Of a stretch of 64,000 bases of DNA, positions 9,678 to 22,407 are shown piece after piece. A model generated the notes under the pieces. It did no database searches. It saw only the letters and a program-made list of their open reading frames with translations, and was not told the DNA's origin. The position numbers and the translations under genes were made by a program. This DNA comes from Octopus bimaculoides (taxonomy: Eukaryota), in the NCBI RefSeq assembly GCF_001194135.2, contig NC_068983.1, positions 68,284,900-68,348,899 on the forward strand. The letters run 5' to 3'. Within the stretch, counting starts at the first letter, position 1, and the number at the start of each line of letters is the position of its first letter.

Positions 9678-12600
9678 CGAATTTTCTGAAATGAAAAGCC
9701 TAGCCTCAAGCATTATATCGTGTAAGAGACCAACGTACATCACCTTTTACTGAATTGACTCTTATTGAGACAGACCATCACTAGTCGTTTAACGTTCTGC
9801 ACTTATCATTGTATACAAAACAGTAAGACGAAAAGATAAGGCATAATGGCTGTGAATGTTGAACTACTGATGGCGATATGGATAAAGCTTAAATCTTACC
9901 ATTGTGCCGTGCCCCTAAGCAAGGTACATAACTCTGCTTACTTCAGTGCACCTGATTGACATATAAGTTTCACTCCCTACTTCATAGTTGAATGGTAAGT
10001 GCTACAAGTAAAACTATCCCACCCGTGCTCGCACAAGAAAATGGAAGTTGAAATTGTGTAATGTATTTGCATCCAAAAACGTTGTATTGTTTTCTCCTTC
10101 CTCACACCATAAAAGCATGTTGAAACTGTTATCTATAAAAATGCATATTAATAACATAACCCAACTTCTATGAATTTGAGGCTGCATTGAACATTTTTAA
10201 CTTTACGACTTTGGTGTTGGTAGTACTACAAAATACTTTGTAAGTACAGATATTGATAAAACTTTTATTTTTATTCAACTTATTAAATTGTATCATGACT
10301 GTTTAATTATTTGATTAAAGTGTGTAATTTATATACCACTAATGCATTTTGGAAAGAGTTACATATGATTGACTTGATAGTATCAACCTTCCAGATGACT
10401 GTTAATTGCTCTCTAACATACTTAATGCAATAAGCCAAGAAATTTTAAGTAATTAAAATTGCACTCATAGTATTGAGAAAAATATGTACTATTGTTTATT
10501 TCTGGTCAAAAAAGGAGGGGAGGCAACCTAGAATTTAAAATTAATTAAAAATATAATATAATGGAAAGTAAGTTTGTTTTCATAGTACAGTGACAACAGT
10601 TTACTGCACAATGTCCATAACCAAGACAATTCTCTCTGGTTCAGATCATTTATCTGTGAATATGTAACATGAAGTGCAGCTCACCATTATAGCACTGAAC
10701 CACTGTAAGTAGTGTCTTGTTGGTTTGCTTTGCTGAGTTGAAGTTATATTTTCCTGGGATAAGCAATGAGAAACTATTTCAGTGTTTTGTTTCTTGAAAA
10801 TAGTGCAGATTAAAGTTTTAAAAATAGCTTTCTGAAAGGCATATGAGTCTCACAATTCAATATCATTTCCTTTAAAGATCCATGCATTTGGACATATGTT
10901 TAGATAAGTAACAGAAAAAAAGGTAAATCTTTTGTAGTCATTTCTAAGATCTGATTTTGATTCTCAGTTGAAGATAATTCACTTATCCACATAATTTTCT
11001 TCTTGGTCAAGACATGGTTATTGCATAACCTGATTTCTATTCTTTTACACATTTTTGCTATTATACTTTTGTAAAAAAAAAGTAATAAATACCTTTAGTA
11101 TTATATTTATGCTTTAGTATTTGATTAATTAATCTAAATAGCATAAAATATGTGAACTTAATAGTTAACATATTTTTCCTCACAATGGATCACTTCAATG
11201 AGAAAAAGCAACTAGAAGAGCTTTAAAATATTCATGGACATTAGTTATTTTATTGTTCCTAACAAAATATAATGGAAATATATAATTCATTAATAGATAA
11301 GAGAGGAACATAATTTTTAATAACACACACATACACATGCACACACATATGCATATACTTGGGTCTAGTTCATATTGGAAAGTGGTTGGCAAATAGGAAG
11401 GGCATCCAACCAGAAAATCCATGAAATACAGTACACAACAACAAAGATTGGTAGTTTTCTTAGCTGTTTTGTATGTTAGACTACAAAGAACCATGCCAGG
11501 TGGCTAAACACTGTTATCCAAGCCATGCCATCATGGAAAAGCAAACTATATGCAGTAAATAATATTATACAAATTTCAATGTAAATATATATAAGATTTA
11601 AACTTCATGACTCAAAACTTATATTGGATAAATAAATATTACATTTTCTTGTCAACTGACACATTATCCAACAAGCTGTTTTATTCAAGTTGGTAGGGTA
11701 TAATTTGAATGAGATATGGTTGTTATTTCTAGCTGATCTAGCAACCAGTGTGAGGCTCTCTCATTGAGTCAAAAATTGTTGTTATTCAAAATTGGTGGGT
11801 GAGTTATATACTTTTGCAATTTTGAAATTGATGCTGGTGAATGCCTAGATGTACTTGTCCTCAACCTTCTGGAAATTTGCTTTATTGAAGTAGAAGCTGC
11901 TTATTTTGTTGTTCTGTAATTTTCTTGCAAATTACATCATGTGGTTCTGAGTTGCCTGCACACTGGAATTAACAGTTAACATTTTAAATCCCACTATAGT
12001 GATTTGTATTAGCAGTAGCATGCTCCCCGTGATCCCTTGTTGCAATAAACACTGTACCACATACAATTGCTATTTTGTAACACGAGAGACTCATGAGCCA
12101 ATAATGAAGCCTCTATATGGTCATTCACTCTGCCTGAACCAGTTCTCATATAAACATTCTGTACATCTAATTTCTGCAGACATACTCAGAATTCAACCAC
12201 TCAAATGCACTCAAACGCACTCAAACTCCAGTGTTATTAAGTTAATTACCATAATGATAAGCAAATGCATCAGCAACTTTTTCTCTAATGAGGTAACTTT
12301 CCACATGGTTGAGAACAAATATAATCAGATACCCACTGGCAGTAATTTAGAAAAGAACAGAAAAGTATATAATTCACCACTACAAATAGCAAAAAAATCT
12401 TTGAGTCAATGTGAGAGCCTCTACATGGTTGTTAGGCTAGCTAGAAATAGCTGGTGTGTCACTCACAAATTACCCTATCATTTAATAAAAAATGACACAT
12501 TAAATAATGTGGTTCAGGGTCCTCTGCACATAGGAAAAAGGTAGTGTGGACACGAACAGAATACCTTTGATTATAGGGCTGACCTGGAGCTAGGCAGCAA

Positions 12601-13446
12601 CAACCAAATCCTTGGATTAGGGAGAGAAATACTATCTGGTTCAACCCACCTTTCTACAAAACTGTCTTAATCTGCATAGTGAATCAATTCTTCTCCCTAA
12701 TCAATAAATGCTTCTACAAAGTAAAAATGAACTCCACAAATTATTTAACAACAAGAATACTATGAAAGCCATGCGTATAGAACATCAGTAAGGTACATTG
12801 CACAAATTTTTCCATTTAACATACCACAGGGAAAATCAAAAACAAATTACTGCAACTACCAAAATCCTGACTAGTTGTGCTCTATGGACTTCCCAATGCA
12901 GGAATGACTGCTTTTTGCATCAGGCTAAATCCCCCCCCGCAAAAAAAAGAAACCGTAATTGTATTGTACAACAGAGCCTCACTTTTAAAAACAGACTATT
13001 CAAGCACATCTCTTTCAGCCACCACCACAAGGAAATTAATGCATCTGTCTCAAAGTAAATCTGGCAGAAAAAAGATATGTGTAAGACTACTGATATCACA
13101 AAGTCTACATTGCTTAGAGCCAACCGATGCCATAATAAAATATACTATAAACCTCCCATGCTGGTAAAAGAAAAGACAGATGTTGACTTGTAGACACAAT
13201 CTGAAGTTCTTGTTCCTTAAGAAGTGAGAAGAACAGCAGGCTGATGAACAAGGCACAGCTTGTCTTTTGCTTACTCAATTCTTATGGAATCTCCCTGGAG
13301 AAGAATGTGTCTAAATTCATTCTTTTATTTTTTTACTTGTTTCAGTCATCTGACTGCAGGCATGCTCAAGCATATACTAATCTAATATATATTATACACA
13401 CACGCACACACACATATATATATACATACATTTATATATGTATATT

Positions 13447-13699
13447 TGGTGGCACGTAAAAAACACCATTTTGAGTGTGGCTGTTGCCAGTACCGTGTGA
13501 CTGGCCCTCGTGCTGATGGCACGTAAAAGCACCCACTACACTCTCGGAGTGGTTGGCGTTAGGAAGGGCATCTAGCTGTAGAAACCCTGCCAAATCAGAT
13601 TGGAGCCTGGTGCAGCCTTCTGGCTTGCCAGTCCTCAGTCAAATCATCCGCTTTCCATGCTAGCATGGAAAGCGAACGTTAAATGATGATGATGATGAT
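13447..13699 (+). mobile_element. RTE LINE 3' UTR copy ending in (GAT)n
   Basis: ggtggcacgtaaaa...gcacccactacactc...ggaagggcatc...catgctagcatggaaagc..gttaaatgatgatgat, shared with 18959..19310 and 20824..21047. Confidence 0.85.
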
Positions 13700-13743
13700 A
13701 AAGTCACATTTGTTTTTATTAGAAGCGTCGAATGTGTATTGTA

Positions 13744-13857
13744 CGATACAACAAAGAAGGTGATATTTTTTCGAATGCTTGTTAGGATAATTTATCCATT
13801 ATTTCTGCTGTTCTAATGGCAATGCTGCATTAAAAAAATATCACCTTGTTTGTATCA
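13744..13857. mobile_element. Short TA-flanked MITE (Tc1/mariner-type)
   Basis: Imperfect inverted repeats CGATACAACAAAGAAGGTGATATTTTTT and rc TGATACAAACAAGGTGATATTTTTT, with TA on both sides (13742-43, 13858-59). Confidence 0.6.
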
Positions 13858-14261
13858 TAAAATATATGTATATGTGTGTGTGTGTATAACCTTATCCATC
13901 TATTGTTTTCATAATTGGTCATAATGTCTTACGTTTAAGATGATTCCCATGCTTTCCCTGATGAGAAGGTTACAATTTTAATATCAAAGAGCCCTATGGA
14001 TCACACAGGTTGTAATCCTTTGAAACATATGTAGGAATATGCAATTATAACATGCGCTTTCTCTATTCCTTAAATTCTTAAATATACTCAAATACCCAAA
14101 ATTTCAAGGAGTTCCTGCCTTAAAAACAAGAACTAAACCACAATTATTTTGTGTTCTTTGCTACATTGGTTTCTATTAACCCATTTATTCTATCAGAAGA
14201 ATTTTTATTCATTAAGATAGAAGAAATACACATAAATATATATATATGTGTGTGTGTGTGG

Positions 14262-14295
<34 letters not shown>

Positions 14296-14329
14296 GTTGT
14301 TGTACTTGGGGATGGTCATATTGCCAGTT

Positions 14330-14862
14330 TAGCCAATAAAAACACACGCACTGTATATTTGGTGTTAATTTGCTTCAGCTTTATATTACATTAATCTTAA
14401 TCTTATTTCGGCCAGAGTTCTTTCGTCACACTTCTGTGACCTCATCAGTGGTCCTTTGTTTCNNNNNNNNNNNNNNNNNNNNNNNNNNNNNNNNNNNNNN
14501 NNNNNNNNNNNNNNNNNNNNNNNNNNNNNNNNNNNNNNNNNNNNNNNNNNNNNNNNNNNNNNNTTATTGGTTTATGGGTAACATGTTGTCACATGCTGTG
14601 GTTTGTTAGTGGTGTGTGTTAGTTCTAGTTTCCTATTCAGGCTAGGTTTCTCTTCTATTATGTGTGTAGCTTCAGTAATTTGTCTAAGTGCTGCATCACT
14701 GCTATGTGTAGATAAGATTTTAATTTCTATGTTGTTGATTGAGCCTCTATGTTCTTGCTCAGCGTGCTGGTACAGAACTGATGAGTTCTTCCCTTCCTTA
14801 AGTTCCCTCCAATGTTCGTTTGCCCGCTCCCCTATGCTCCTTGCTGTTTCACCTACATATGT

Positions 14863-14865
<3 letters not shown>
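14330..14865 (-). mobile_element. Penelope-like element 3' portion: GIY-YIG endonuclease fragment plus pLTR-like tail
   Basis: ORF 14572..14865: YVGETARSIGERANEH...SVLYQHAEQEH...IKILSTHSSDAALRQITEATHIIEEKPSLNRKLE, typical of the PLE GIY-YIG domain. Downstream on the same strand, across a 101-N gap, lies a hammerhead motif. Confidence 0.8.
14410..14454 (-). ncRNA. Minimal type I hammerhead ribozyme motif
   Basis: Minus strand GGACCA-CTGATGA-G-GTCACA-GAAG-TGTGAC-GAA-AGAACT-C-TGGCC: intact CUGAUGA and GAAA core, 6-bp stem II with a GAAG loop, 2-bp stem III, CUC cleavage triplet, stem I GG(A)CCA/TGGCC. Confidence 0.7.
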
Positions 14866-14893
<28 letters not shown>

Positions 14894-14899
<6 letters not shown>

Positions 14900-17800
14900 C
14901 ATCGTTTAACGTCCATTTTCCATGCTAGCATGGGATGGATGGTTCGACTGGCGTCTCCGAAGCCAGGAGGCTGCACCAGGCTCCAGTCTGATCTGGCAGT
15001 GTTTCTACAGCTGGATGTCCTTCCTCACACTAACCACTCCGTGAGTGTAGTGGGTGCTTTTTGCATGCCACTGGCACAGGAGCCAGAGGAGGCTGGCAAC
15101 GGCCATGATTAGTAGGTGCTTTTTATGTGCCACTGGCACAGAAGCTGATCAAGGTGACGCTAGCATCGGCCATGTTCAGATGGCATGTTCGGATGATACC
15201 AGTGGGTATCACAACTACAATTTCCATTTGATCTTCATTTTGATGTTAATGTTGATGTACTTGACTCAATAGGTCTCCTCAAGCACAGCAGGTCACCCAT
15301 GATCCAAGGTACTTTTGAATGGGCTGGGGCTGGTTATGTGAAACTGGTGTAGGATACAGTCGTGAACTCACTTTATTTGTTGGGTCTTCTCAATCACAGC
15401 ATATCTCCAGAGGTCTCGGTCTTTCGTCATTGCCACTGTGAAACCCAACATTCAAAGTTGCTTTACCACCTCATTCCATGTCTTCCTGGATCTACCTCTA
15501 CCCTGGATTCCTTCAACTGTTTGGGAGTGGCACTTCTTCACACAGCTCTCCTCATCCATCCGTAGTACATGACCATACCAGCGCAAACATCTCCCTTGCA
15601 TGCCACATCTGACACTTCTTCTGTCCAACATTTCTCTCAAGGCGCTTACACTCTGTCATGTGTGCACACTGACATTACACATCCAGCAGATCATGCTAGC
15701 TTCCTTTCTTTCAAGCCTACGCATGTCTTCCACAGTCATGGCCCATGTTTCACTGCTGTGAAGCATGGCAGTTCGCACACATGCATCGTACAATCTACCT
15801 TTCACTTTGAGCGAGAGGCCCTTTGTCACCAGTAGGGGTAGAAGCTTTCTAAACTTTGCCCAGGCTATTCTTATTCTAGTGGTAACACTCTCTGAGCATC
15901 CACCCCTACCACAGACTTGGTCACATAGGNNNNNNNNNNTTCTAAACTTTGCCCAGGCTATTCTTATTCTAGTGGTAACACTCTCTGAGCATCCACCCCT
16001 ACCACAGACTTGGTCACATAGGTAGCGGAAGCTATCAACTACTTCTAGTTTTTCCCCCTGGGGTGTGATGGAATCTGTTTTCTGAGCATCTGTGGTGTTT
16101 ATTACCCCTGTGCATCTGCCGCACACGAAAGCTATCGTCCCGGTTAATCTTCCTTTGATGTTGCTGCACCTTACACTGGGTACATCTTATGGAGTTTCTA
16201 CCTACACCTTTTCTACAGATCTAACAGGGCCTCCTACCTGAGGGTGTGTGTGATGTGTTTGCCTTCCTACTTACTAGAACATTGGTCTTTGCTACATTGA
16301 CTCTAAGGCCTTTTGATTCTAAACCTTGCTTTCACACCTGAAATTTCTTCTCTAGTTCTGGTGGGGATTCTTCTATGAGGGCCAGGTCATCAGCATAGAG
16401 GAATTCCCAGGGGCAACCTCTGTTATTGCCTGGTGGATTATGATGAATAAAAGGGGACTGAGGGCTGATCCTTGGTGGACCCCTACTTCTACCCGGAATT
16501 CTTCACTATACTCATTGCCAATCCTAACCTTACTAATGGCCTCTCTGTATAGGGCCTGTACAGCCCTTATTAACCAGTCGTCAATCCCCAGTTTCCACAT
16601 CGCCCACCAGATAAGCAATCGGGAGACCCTGTCAAAGGCTTTCTCCAAGTCCACAAAAGCTAAGTATAGGGGGTTATCTTTAGCTAGATATTTCTCCTGC
16701 AGTTGTTGAACCAGGAATATAGCGTCAGTAGTGCTTCTACCTGGCACAAAGCCCAACTGCATCTCATCTAAGCAGACACTCTCCCTAATGAGATGGGCTA
16801 TGACCCTCTCCGTAACCTTCATCATCTGATCCAGCAGTTTGATACCCCTGTAGTTATCTCTATCTAGAGCATCACCTTTACCCTTGTAGCAGTTGACCAT
16901 GGTGCTGCTATGCCAGTCATTGGGTATGACTCCATCATGAACTACCTGGTGACTACACCACCATAGCCCACACCACCAGATGTTTTAAGCATCTCAGCAG
17001 TGATTCCTGATGGGCTGGGGTCTTTTCCTGGCTTCATACCCTTAATTGCTTTATCTACCAGGGAGCTGTCTATTTGGATAGCTGGTCCCACTACTGGGTC
17101 AACATTTGGCAGGCTCTCCTCCTCCCATTCATTCTCCACGTTCAGCAGTCTTTCATAATGGCTCCTCCAAGCCTCTTTCTTTCCTGAATCATTAAAAGTA
17201 AGTGCACCATCATCCATGCAGACACATTTCTCTCCTGTGACATCACAATTTTCTCTCACACACTGTCTTGCAATCCGGAATACTTCAGTTCTTTGGTCCT
17301 CATGTCGCTGGACATGGGCAAATTTCTTCTTTTCTGCTTTGCCCTTGGCTATGTATACCTGCTGCCCAGCCACCCTTTTGGCTACCTGGTACAGTTCCCT
17401 GCTTGTGGAGGCGCAATGGCCCAGTGGTTAGGGCAGCGGACTCACGGTCATAGGATCGCGGTTTCGATTCCCAGACTGGGCGTTGTGAGTGTTTATTGAG
17501 CAAAAACATCTAAAGCTCCACGAGGCTCCAGCAGGGGATGGTGGCGAACCCTGTTGTACTCTTTCACCACAACTTTCTCTCACTCTTACTTCCTGTTTCT
17601 GTTGTGCATGTAATTCAAAGGGTCAACCTTGTCACACTGTGTCACGCTTAATATCACCAAGAACTACGTTAAGGGTACACGTGTCTGTGGAGTGTTCAGC
17701 CACTTGCATGTTAATTTCACGAGCAGGCTGTTCTGTTGATCGAATCAACTGGAACTCTCGACGTCGTAAGCGACGGAGTGCCAACAACAGTTCCCTGCTA

Positions 17801-18478
17801 CCCCCCACCCTTCCAGGCTTTCCAGCCCTGTTTCTTTGCTCTAATGGCTTTGTCTACCGTATTATTCCACCACCACATAACTCTAGGTCTGGAAGGGCCT
17901 TTGCACCATCCGCAGACTTGGTCTGTGGCACTCAGTAAGCTGTCCCATAGGAATTTCCAGCTGCCTTCTATGTCCGATGCCTGTAGCTCCTCCTCCCTCT
18001 CATCAAATTTCTTCATGAGGATGTCTCTAAATCTCTGACCATGTGAAGGGTTCTTTAGCTTCCAAACCCTTCTCTTCTGGATTCGTCTGTTTCTTGGCAT
18101 CCTTCTGGCCTCGAGTCTTAAGTCACTAATGACTAGTGTATGCTGAGAGGTGCATTCACCTGGGAGGGTCTTTGTATTTAAGAGCAACCCTGTGTCCCGC
18201 GGTCTGGTGAGAATGAAATCAATCTGGCTAGCAGAGTCACCTGATTGATAGGTTATCAGGTGGTTGTCTGGCTTCCTGAAGTTAGTGTTGCAGATTAAAA
18301 GGTTACATGCATCACAGAACTCCAGTAGCCTATTTCCTTCATCATTTCGGGAGCTTATACTATGGCTTCCGTGTACACCAGTAAAGATACTGGATTGCCA
18401 CCCAACATACCCATTAAAACCTCCAGCCACAAAGATGAGGTCATTGTCACTCATCTTTGAGGTAGCCTGTAGATGGGT
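14894..18478 (-). mobile_element. RTE-clade LINE, 5'-truncated and disrupted (APE endonuclease C-half, RT, C-terminal domain, 3' UTR with (GAT)n tail)
   Basis: EN motifs AGGFNGYVG, RNDEGNRLLEFC, SQIDFIL (18460-18200); RT motifs NYRGIKLL, GFVPGRSTTDAIF, FVDLEKAFDRV, GVHQGSALSP and a frameshifted LYADDL (16900-16380); CLRWYGHVLRM (15600); tail catcatcatcgtttaacgtcc at 14894. Interrupted by a SINE at 17404..17786. Confidence 0.93.
17404..17786 (+). mobile_element. tRNA-derived SINE with 13-bp target-site duplication, inserted in the RTE
   Basis: Head tgtggaggcgcaaTGGCCCAGTGGTTAGG (A box)...GGTTTCGATTCCCA (B box). Direct repeat ACAGTTCCCTGCT at 17391-17403 and 17787-17799; removing the SINE restores the RTE frame AWKGGGSRELYQVAKR. 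Confidence 0.9.
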
Positions 18479-18538
18479 ATCATAAAAATGGTTATGTTTA
18501 TATATATATATGTATATATGTTTGTGCATATATTTGTA

Positions 18539-18593
<55 letters not shown>

Positions 18594-18958
18594 NNNNNNN
18601 NNNNNNNNNNNNNNNNNNNNNNNNNNNNNNNNNNNNNNNNNNNNNNNNNNNNNNNNNNNNNNNNNNNNNNNNNNNNNNNNNNNNNNNNNNNNNNNNNNNN
18701 NNNNNNNNNNNNNNNNNNNNNNNNNNNNNNNNNNNNNNNNNNNNNNNNNNNNNNNNNNNNNNNNNNNNNNNNNNNNNNNNNNNNNNNNNNNNNNNNNNNN
18801 NNNNNNNNNNNNNNNNNNNNNNNNNNNNNNNNNNNNNNNNNNNNNNNNNNNNNNNNNNNNNNNNNNNNNNNNNNNNNNNNNNNNNNNNNNNNNNNNNNNN
18901 NNNNNNNNNNNNNNNNNNNNNNNNNNNNNNNNNNNNNNNNNNNNNNNNNNNNNNNNNN

Positions 18959-19366
18959 ACATTGGGCCTCACCGAGGCAATGACTACTGACCGAGACCTT
19001 TGGAAATGTGCTGTGCGTGAGAAGACCCGGCAAGCCAAGTAAGATCGTTGCCAGTGCTCCTGGACTGGCTCTTGTGCGGGTGGCACATAAAAGACACCAT
19101 TTCGAGCGTGGCCGTTTTTGTGCGGGTAACACGTAAAAGCACCCACTACACTCTCTGAGTGGTTGGCGTTAGGAAGGGCATCCAGCTGTAGAAACTCTGC
19201 CAAATTAGATTGGAGCCTGGTGTTGCCATCTGGTCTGCCAGTCCTCAGTCAAATCGTCCAACCCATGCTAGCATGGAAAGCGGACGTTAAACGATGATGA
19301 TGATGATGATATATATATATCATGCTAGCATGGAAAGCGGACGTTAAATGATGATAATGATGATGG
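18959..19366 (+). mobile_element. RTE LINE 3' end (last codons plus 3' UTR) with duplicated terminal tail
   Basis: TLGLTEAMTTDRDLWKCAVREKTRQAK* then the 3' UTR to (GAT)n at 19310; the terminal catgctagcatggaaagcggacgttaa..gatgat is repeated at 19321-19366. The 5' part is lost in a gap. Confidence 0.88.
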
Positions 19367-19428
19367 TATATATATGTGTGTGTGTGTGTGTGTATATGAA
19401 TAAATATATATAGGTATATATATGTATG

Positions 19429-19459
<31 letters not shown>

Positions 19460-19565
19460 ATATATATATGTGTATGTATATATAGATAGATAGATCTATA
19501 TGTATATATATGTGTGTATATAGATGCATATGTATATATGTGTGTGTATATATATATAGATGCAT

Positions 19566-21043
19566 ATGTTGGTCAATGAGGAAACTTGGGATAGAAGAAT
19601 GGTTAGTGAGAGCTGTGCGAGCCATGTACAGAGATGCTGCCAGTAAGGTGAGGGTTGGAAATGAGTACAGCAATGAATTCCGGGTAGAGGTAGGGGTCCA
19701 CCAAGGTTCCGTCCTCAGCCCCCTATTATTTACCATAGTCCTCCAGGCAATCACAGAGGAGTTCAAGACAGGTTGCCCCTGGGAGCTCCTCTATGCTGAT
19801 GACCTTGCCCTAATTGCGGAGTCACTATCAGAACTAGAGGAGAAGTTTCAGGTGTGGAAGCAAGGTCTAGAATTGAAGGGCCTTAGAGTCAACCTAGCTA
19901 AAACCAAAATCCTAATAAGTAGGAAGGTAGATAAAACACAANNNNNNNNNNNNNNNNNNNNNNNNNNNNNNNNNNNNNNNNNNNNNNNNNNNNNNNNNNN
20001 NNNNNNNNNNNNNNNNNNNNNNNNNNNNNNNNNNNNNNNNNNNNNNNNNNNNNNNNNNNNNNNNNNNNNNNNNNNNNNNNNNNNNNNNNNNNNNNNNNNN
20101 NNNNNNNNNNNNNNNNNNNNNNNNNNNNNNNNNNNNNNNNNNNNNNNNNNNNNNNNNNNNNNNNNNNNNNNNNNNNNNNNNNNNNNNNNNNNNNNNNNNN
20201 NNNNNNNNNNNNNNNNNNNNNNNNNNNNNNNNNNNNNNNNNNNNNNNNNNNNNNNNNNNNNNNNNNNNNNNNNNNNNNNNNNNNNNNNNNNNNNNNNNNN
20301 NNNNNNNNNNNNNNNNNNNNNNNNNNNNNNNNNNNNNNNNNNNNNNNNNNNNNNNNNNNNNNNNNNNNNNNNNNNNNNNNNNNNNNNNNNNNNNNNNNNN
20401 NNNNNNNNNNNNNNNNNNNNNNNNNNNNNNNNNNNNNNNNNNNNNNNNNNNNNNNNNNNNNNNNNNNNNNNNNNNNNNNNNNNNNNNNNNNNNNNNNNNN
20501 NNNNNNNNNNNNNNNNNNNNNNNNNNNNNNNNNNNNNNNNNNNNNNNNNNNNNNNNNNNNNNNNNNNNNNNNNNNNNNNNNNNNNNNNNNNNNNNNNNNN
20601 NNNNNNNNNNNNNNNNNNNNNNNNNNNNNNNNNNNNNNNNNNNNNNNNNNNNNNNNNNNNNNNNNNNNNNNNNNNNNNNNNNNNNNNNNNNNNNNNNNNN
20701 NNNNNNNNNNNNNNNNNNNNNNNNNNNNNNNNNNNNNNNNNNNNNNNNNNNNNNNNNNNNNNNNNNNNNNNNNNNNNNNNNNNNNNNNNNNNNNNNNNNN
20801 NNNNNNNNNNNNNNNNNNNNNNNGGCACATAAAAGACACCATTTCGAGCGTGGCCGTTTTCGTGCGGGTGACACGTAAAAGCACCCACTACACTCTCTGA
20901 GTGGTTGGCGTTAGGAAGGGCATCCAGCTGTAGAAACTCTGCCAAATCGGACTGGAGCCTGGTGTTGCCATCCGGTTTCACCAGTCCTCAGTCAAATCGT
21001 CCAACCCATGCTAGCATGGAAAGCGGACGTTAAACGATGATGA

Positions 21044-21047
<4 letters not shown>
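19566..21047 (+). mobile_element. 5'-truncated RTE LINE, apparently young (RT core intact; middle hidden in gap 19942..20823)
   Basis: Open frame WSMRKLGIEEWLVRAV...GVHQGSVLSPLLF...ELLYADDL...KGLRVNLAKTK up to the gap; 3' UTR and (GAT)n tail at 20824-21047. Confidence 0.88.
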
Positions 21048-21077
<30 letters not shown>

Positions 21078-22090
21078 GCATATGCATATATATATATATA
21101 TACTTATATATATATATGTGCGTGTGTGTGTATATACATAAATGTATACATGCATATATATATATATATATACAAGTATATATAGAGGAGGGATATAATA
21201 TCCAAACAGATACTGAATTTTCCTGAGTAAAATGCCAAGGCTGGTTCCTTCTGATGGTGCATTTTTTGGTAATCTTCATTTAACTCCCATTCAATGTTTC
21301 AGTTTATTTCTTAGCAACTTAGGGTATAAAGTATAATATTCATAATAAGGAGAATGAAGAATACGAACATTCAAACTTTGTTTATTTCCAGTTAGTTTAT
21401 TCATAATAATAGTCTGACATGTTTAGATCGCACCAACTGCATGTTGTTGCATATTCACATGCAGCAATTTATGCACTATTAGTATGATCTCCTCAGGGCA
21501 GATAAGTATGACATTACTCAAAAGAAGAATTTTCCTTCGCTATTAGTTAGAATTATGCTTGGTAGTGGTAGTAAACCATGACATTCTTCTATGTGATGTT
21601 TTTCTCAACTGTTTGTATGGGTAAAATTCAGTAGCAGCAACAATGTTTGTTAAAGTTAGCAAATGTTCTTGGCTAGGCAAGGAGTAGTTACTTATAGACT
21701 ACTTATTTTTTATTGATTCTACATACTTTAGTCAGAAGGCATTTTGATGGATTTCAGAATTGATTATGTTATTCGAATTTTGTGAAGGTTATTAATAGTA
21801 GTAGTGGATAATTACTAAGCAGTAAGAACCATGTGGTTATTAAAAAGAAATAGTCAGCTGTATTATAAATTTTTCTTATTATTGTTTTAAGATGTTTTTA
21901 GGTTATATTATCTATAAGCTTATAAATTGAATTCTATTCCTATATCCTTTATATGAATCTTTATTATTATAGTTATACTCAGAGCAAAAAGTTTATTGAA
22001 ATTATATAAATTAATGCATTCTATTATTTTTTTTTTTTAAAGAAAATGTTTATATAAGCAGTTAAAACGTCTTTCTTATGACTATTATGC

Positions 22091-22128
<38 letters not shown>

Positions 22129-22236
22129 GTAACAACAAAAGAATGAGACCTCAATATTAGATAAATAGGGGATTATTTATATATGTTATAATTTAGAACA
22201 AACAGTAAAAGGTTGTCTAGTACTCAGTATATATCT

Positions 22237-22339
22237 CATCATCATCATCATCATCATCGTTTAACGTCCGCTTTCCATGCTAGCATGGGTTGGACGATTT
22301 GACTGAGGACTGGTGAAACCGGATGGCAACACCAGGCTG
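22237..22339 (-). mobile_element. RTE 3' terminal fragment
   Basis: (CAT)n-cgtttaacgtccgctttccatgctagcatggg..., the reverse complement of the RTE tail. Confidence 0.85.
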
Positions 22340-22407
22340 AACACACGAGTAGATATATATGGAAAAAAGACAAAGTAGAAAATGCTAAAATACTTTTATA
22401 AAGAACA

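Noticed and set aside
11999-12544. 181-aa plus-strand ORF
   Set aside because: Non-ATG start, no recognisable domain, composition like AT-rich non-coding DNA, no splice support.
15847-16022. 83-bp direct duplication inside the RTE
   Set aside because: The two copies flank a 10-N gap exactly; typical unmerged contig overlap, not a biological repeat.
17404-17480. tRNA gene
   Set aside because: A and B boxes belong to a SINE head followed by 300 bp of SINE body and bounded by a TSD; no full cloverleaf.
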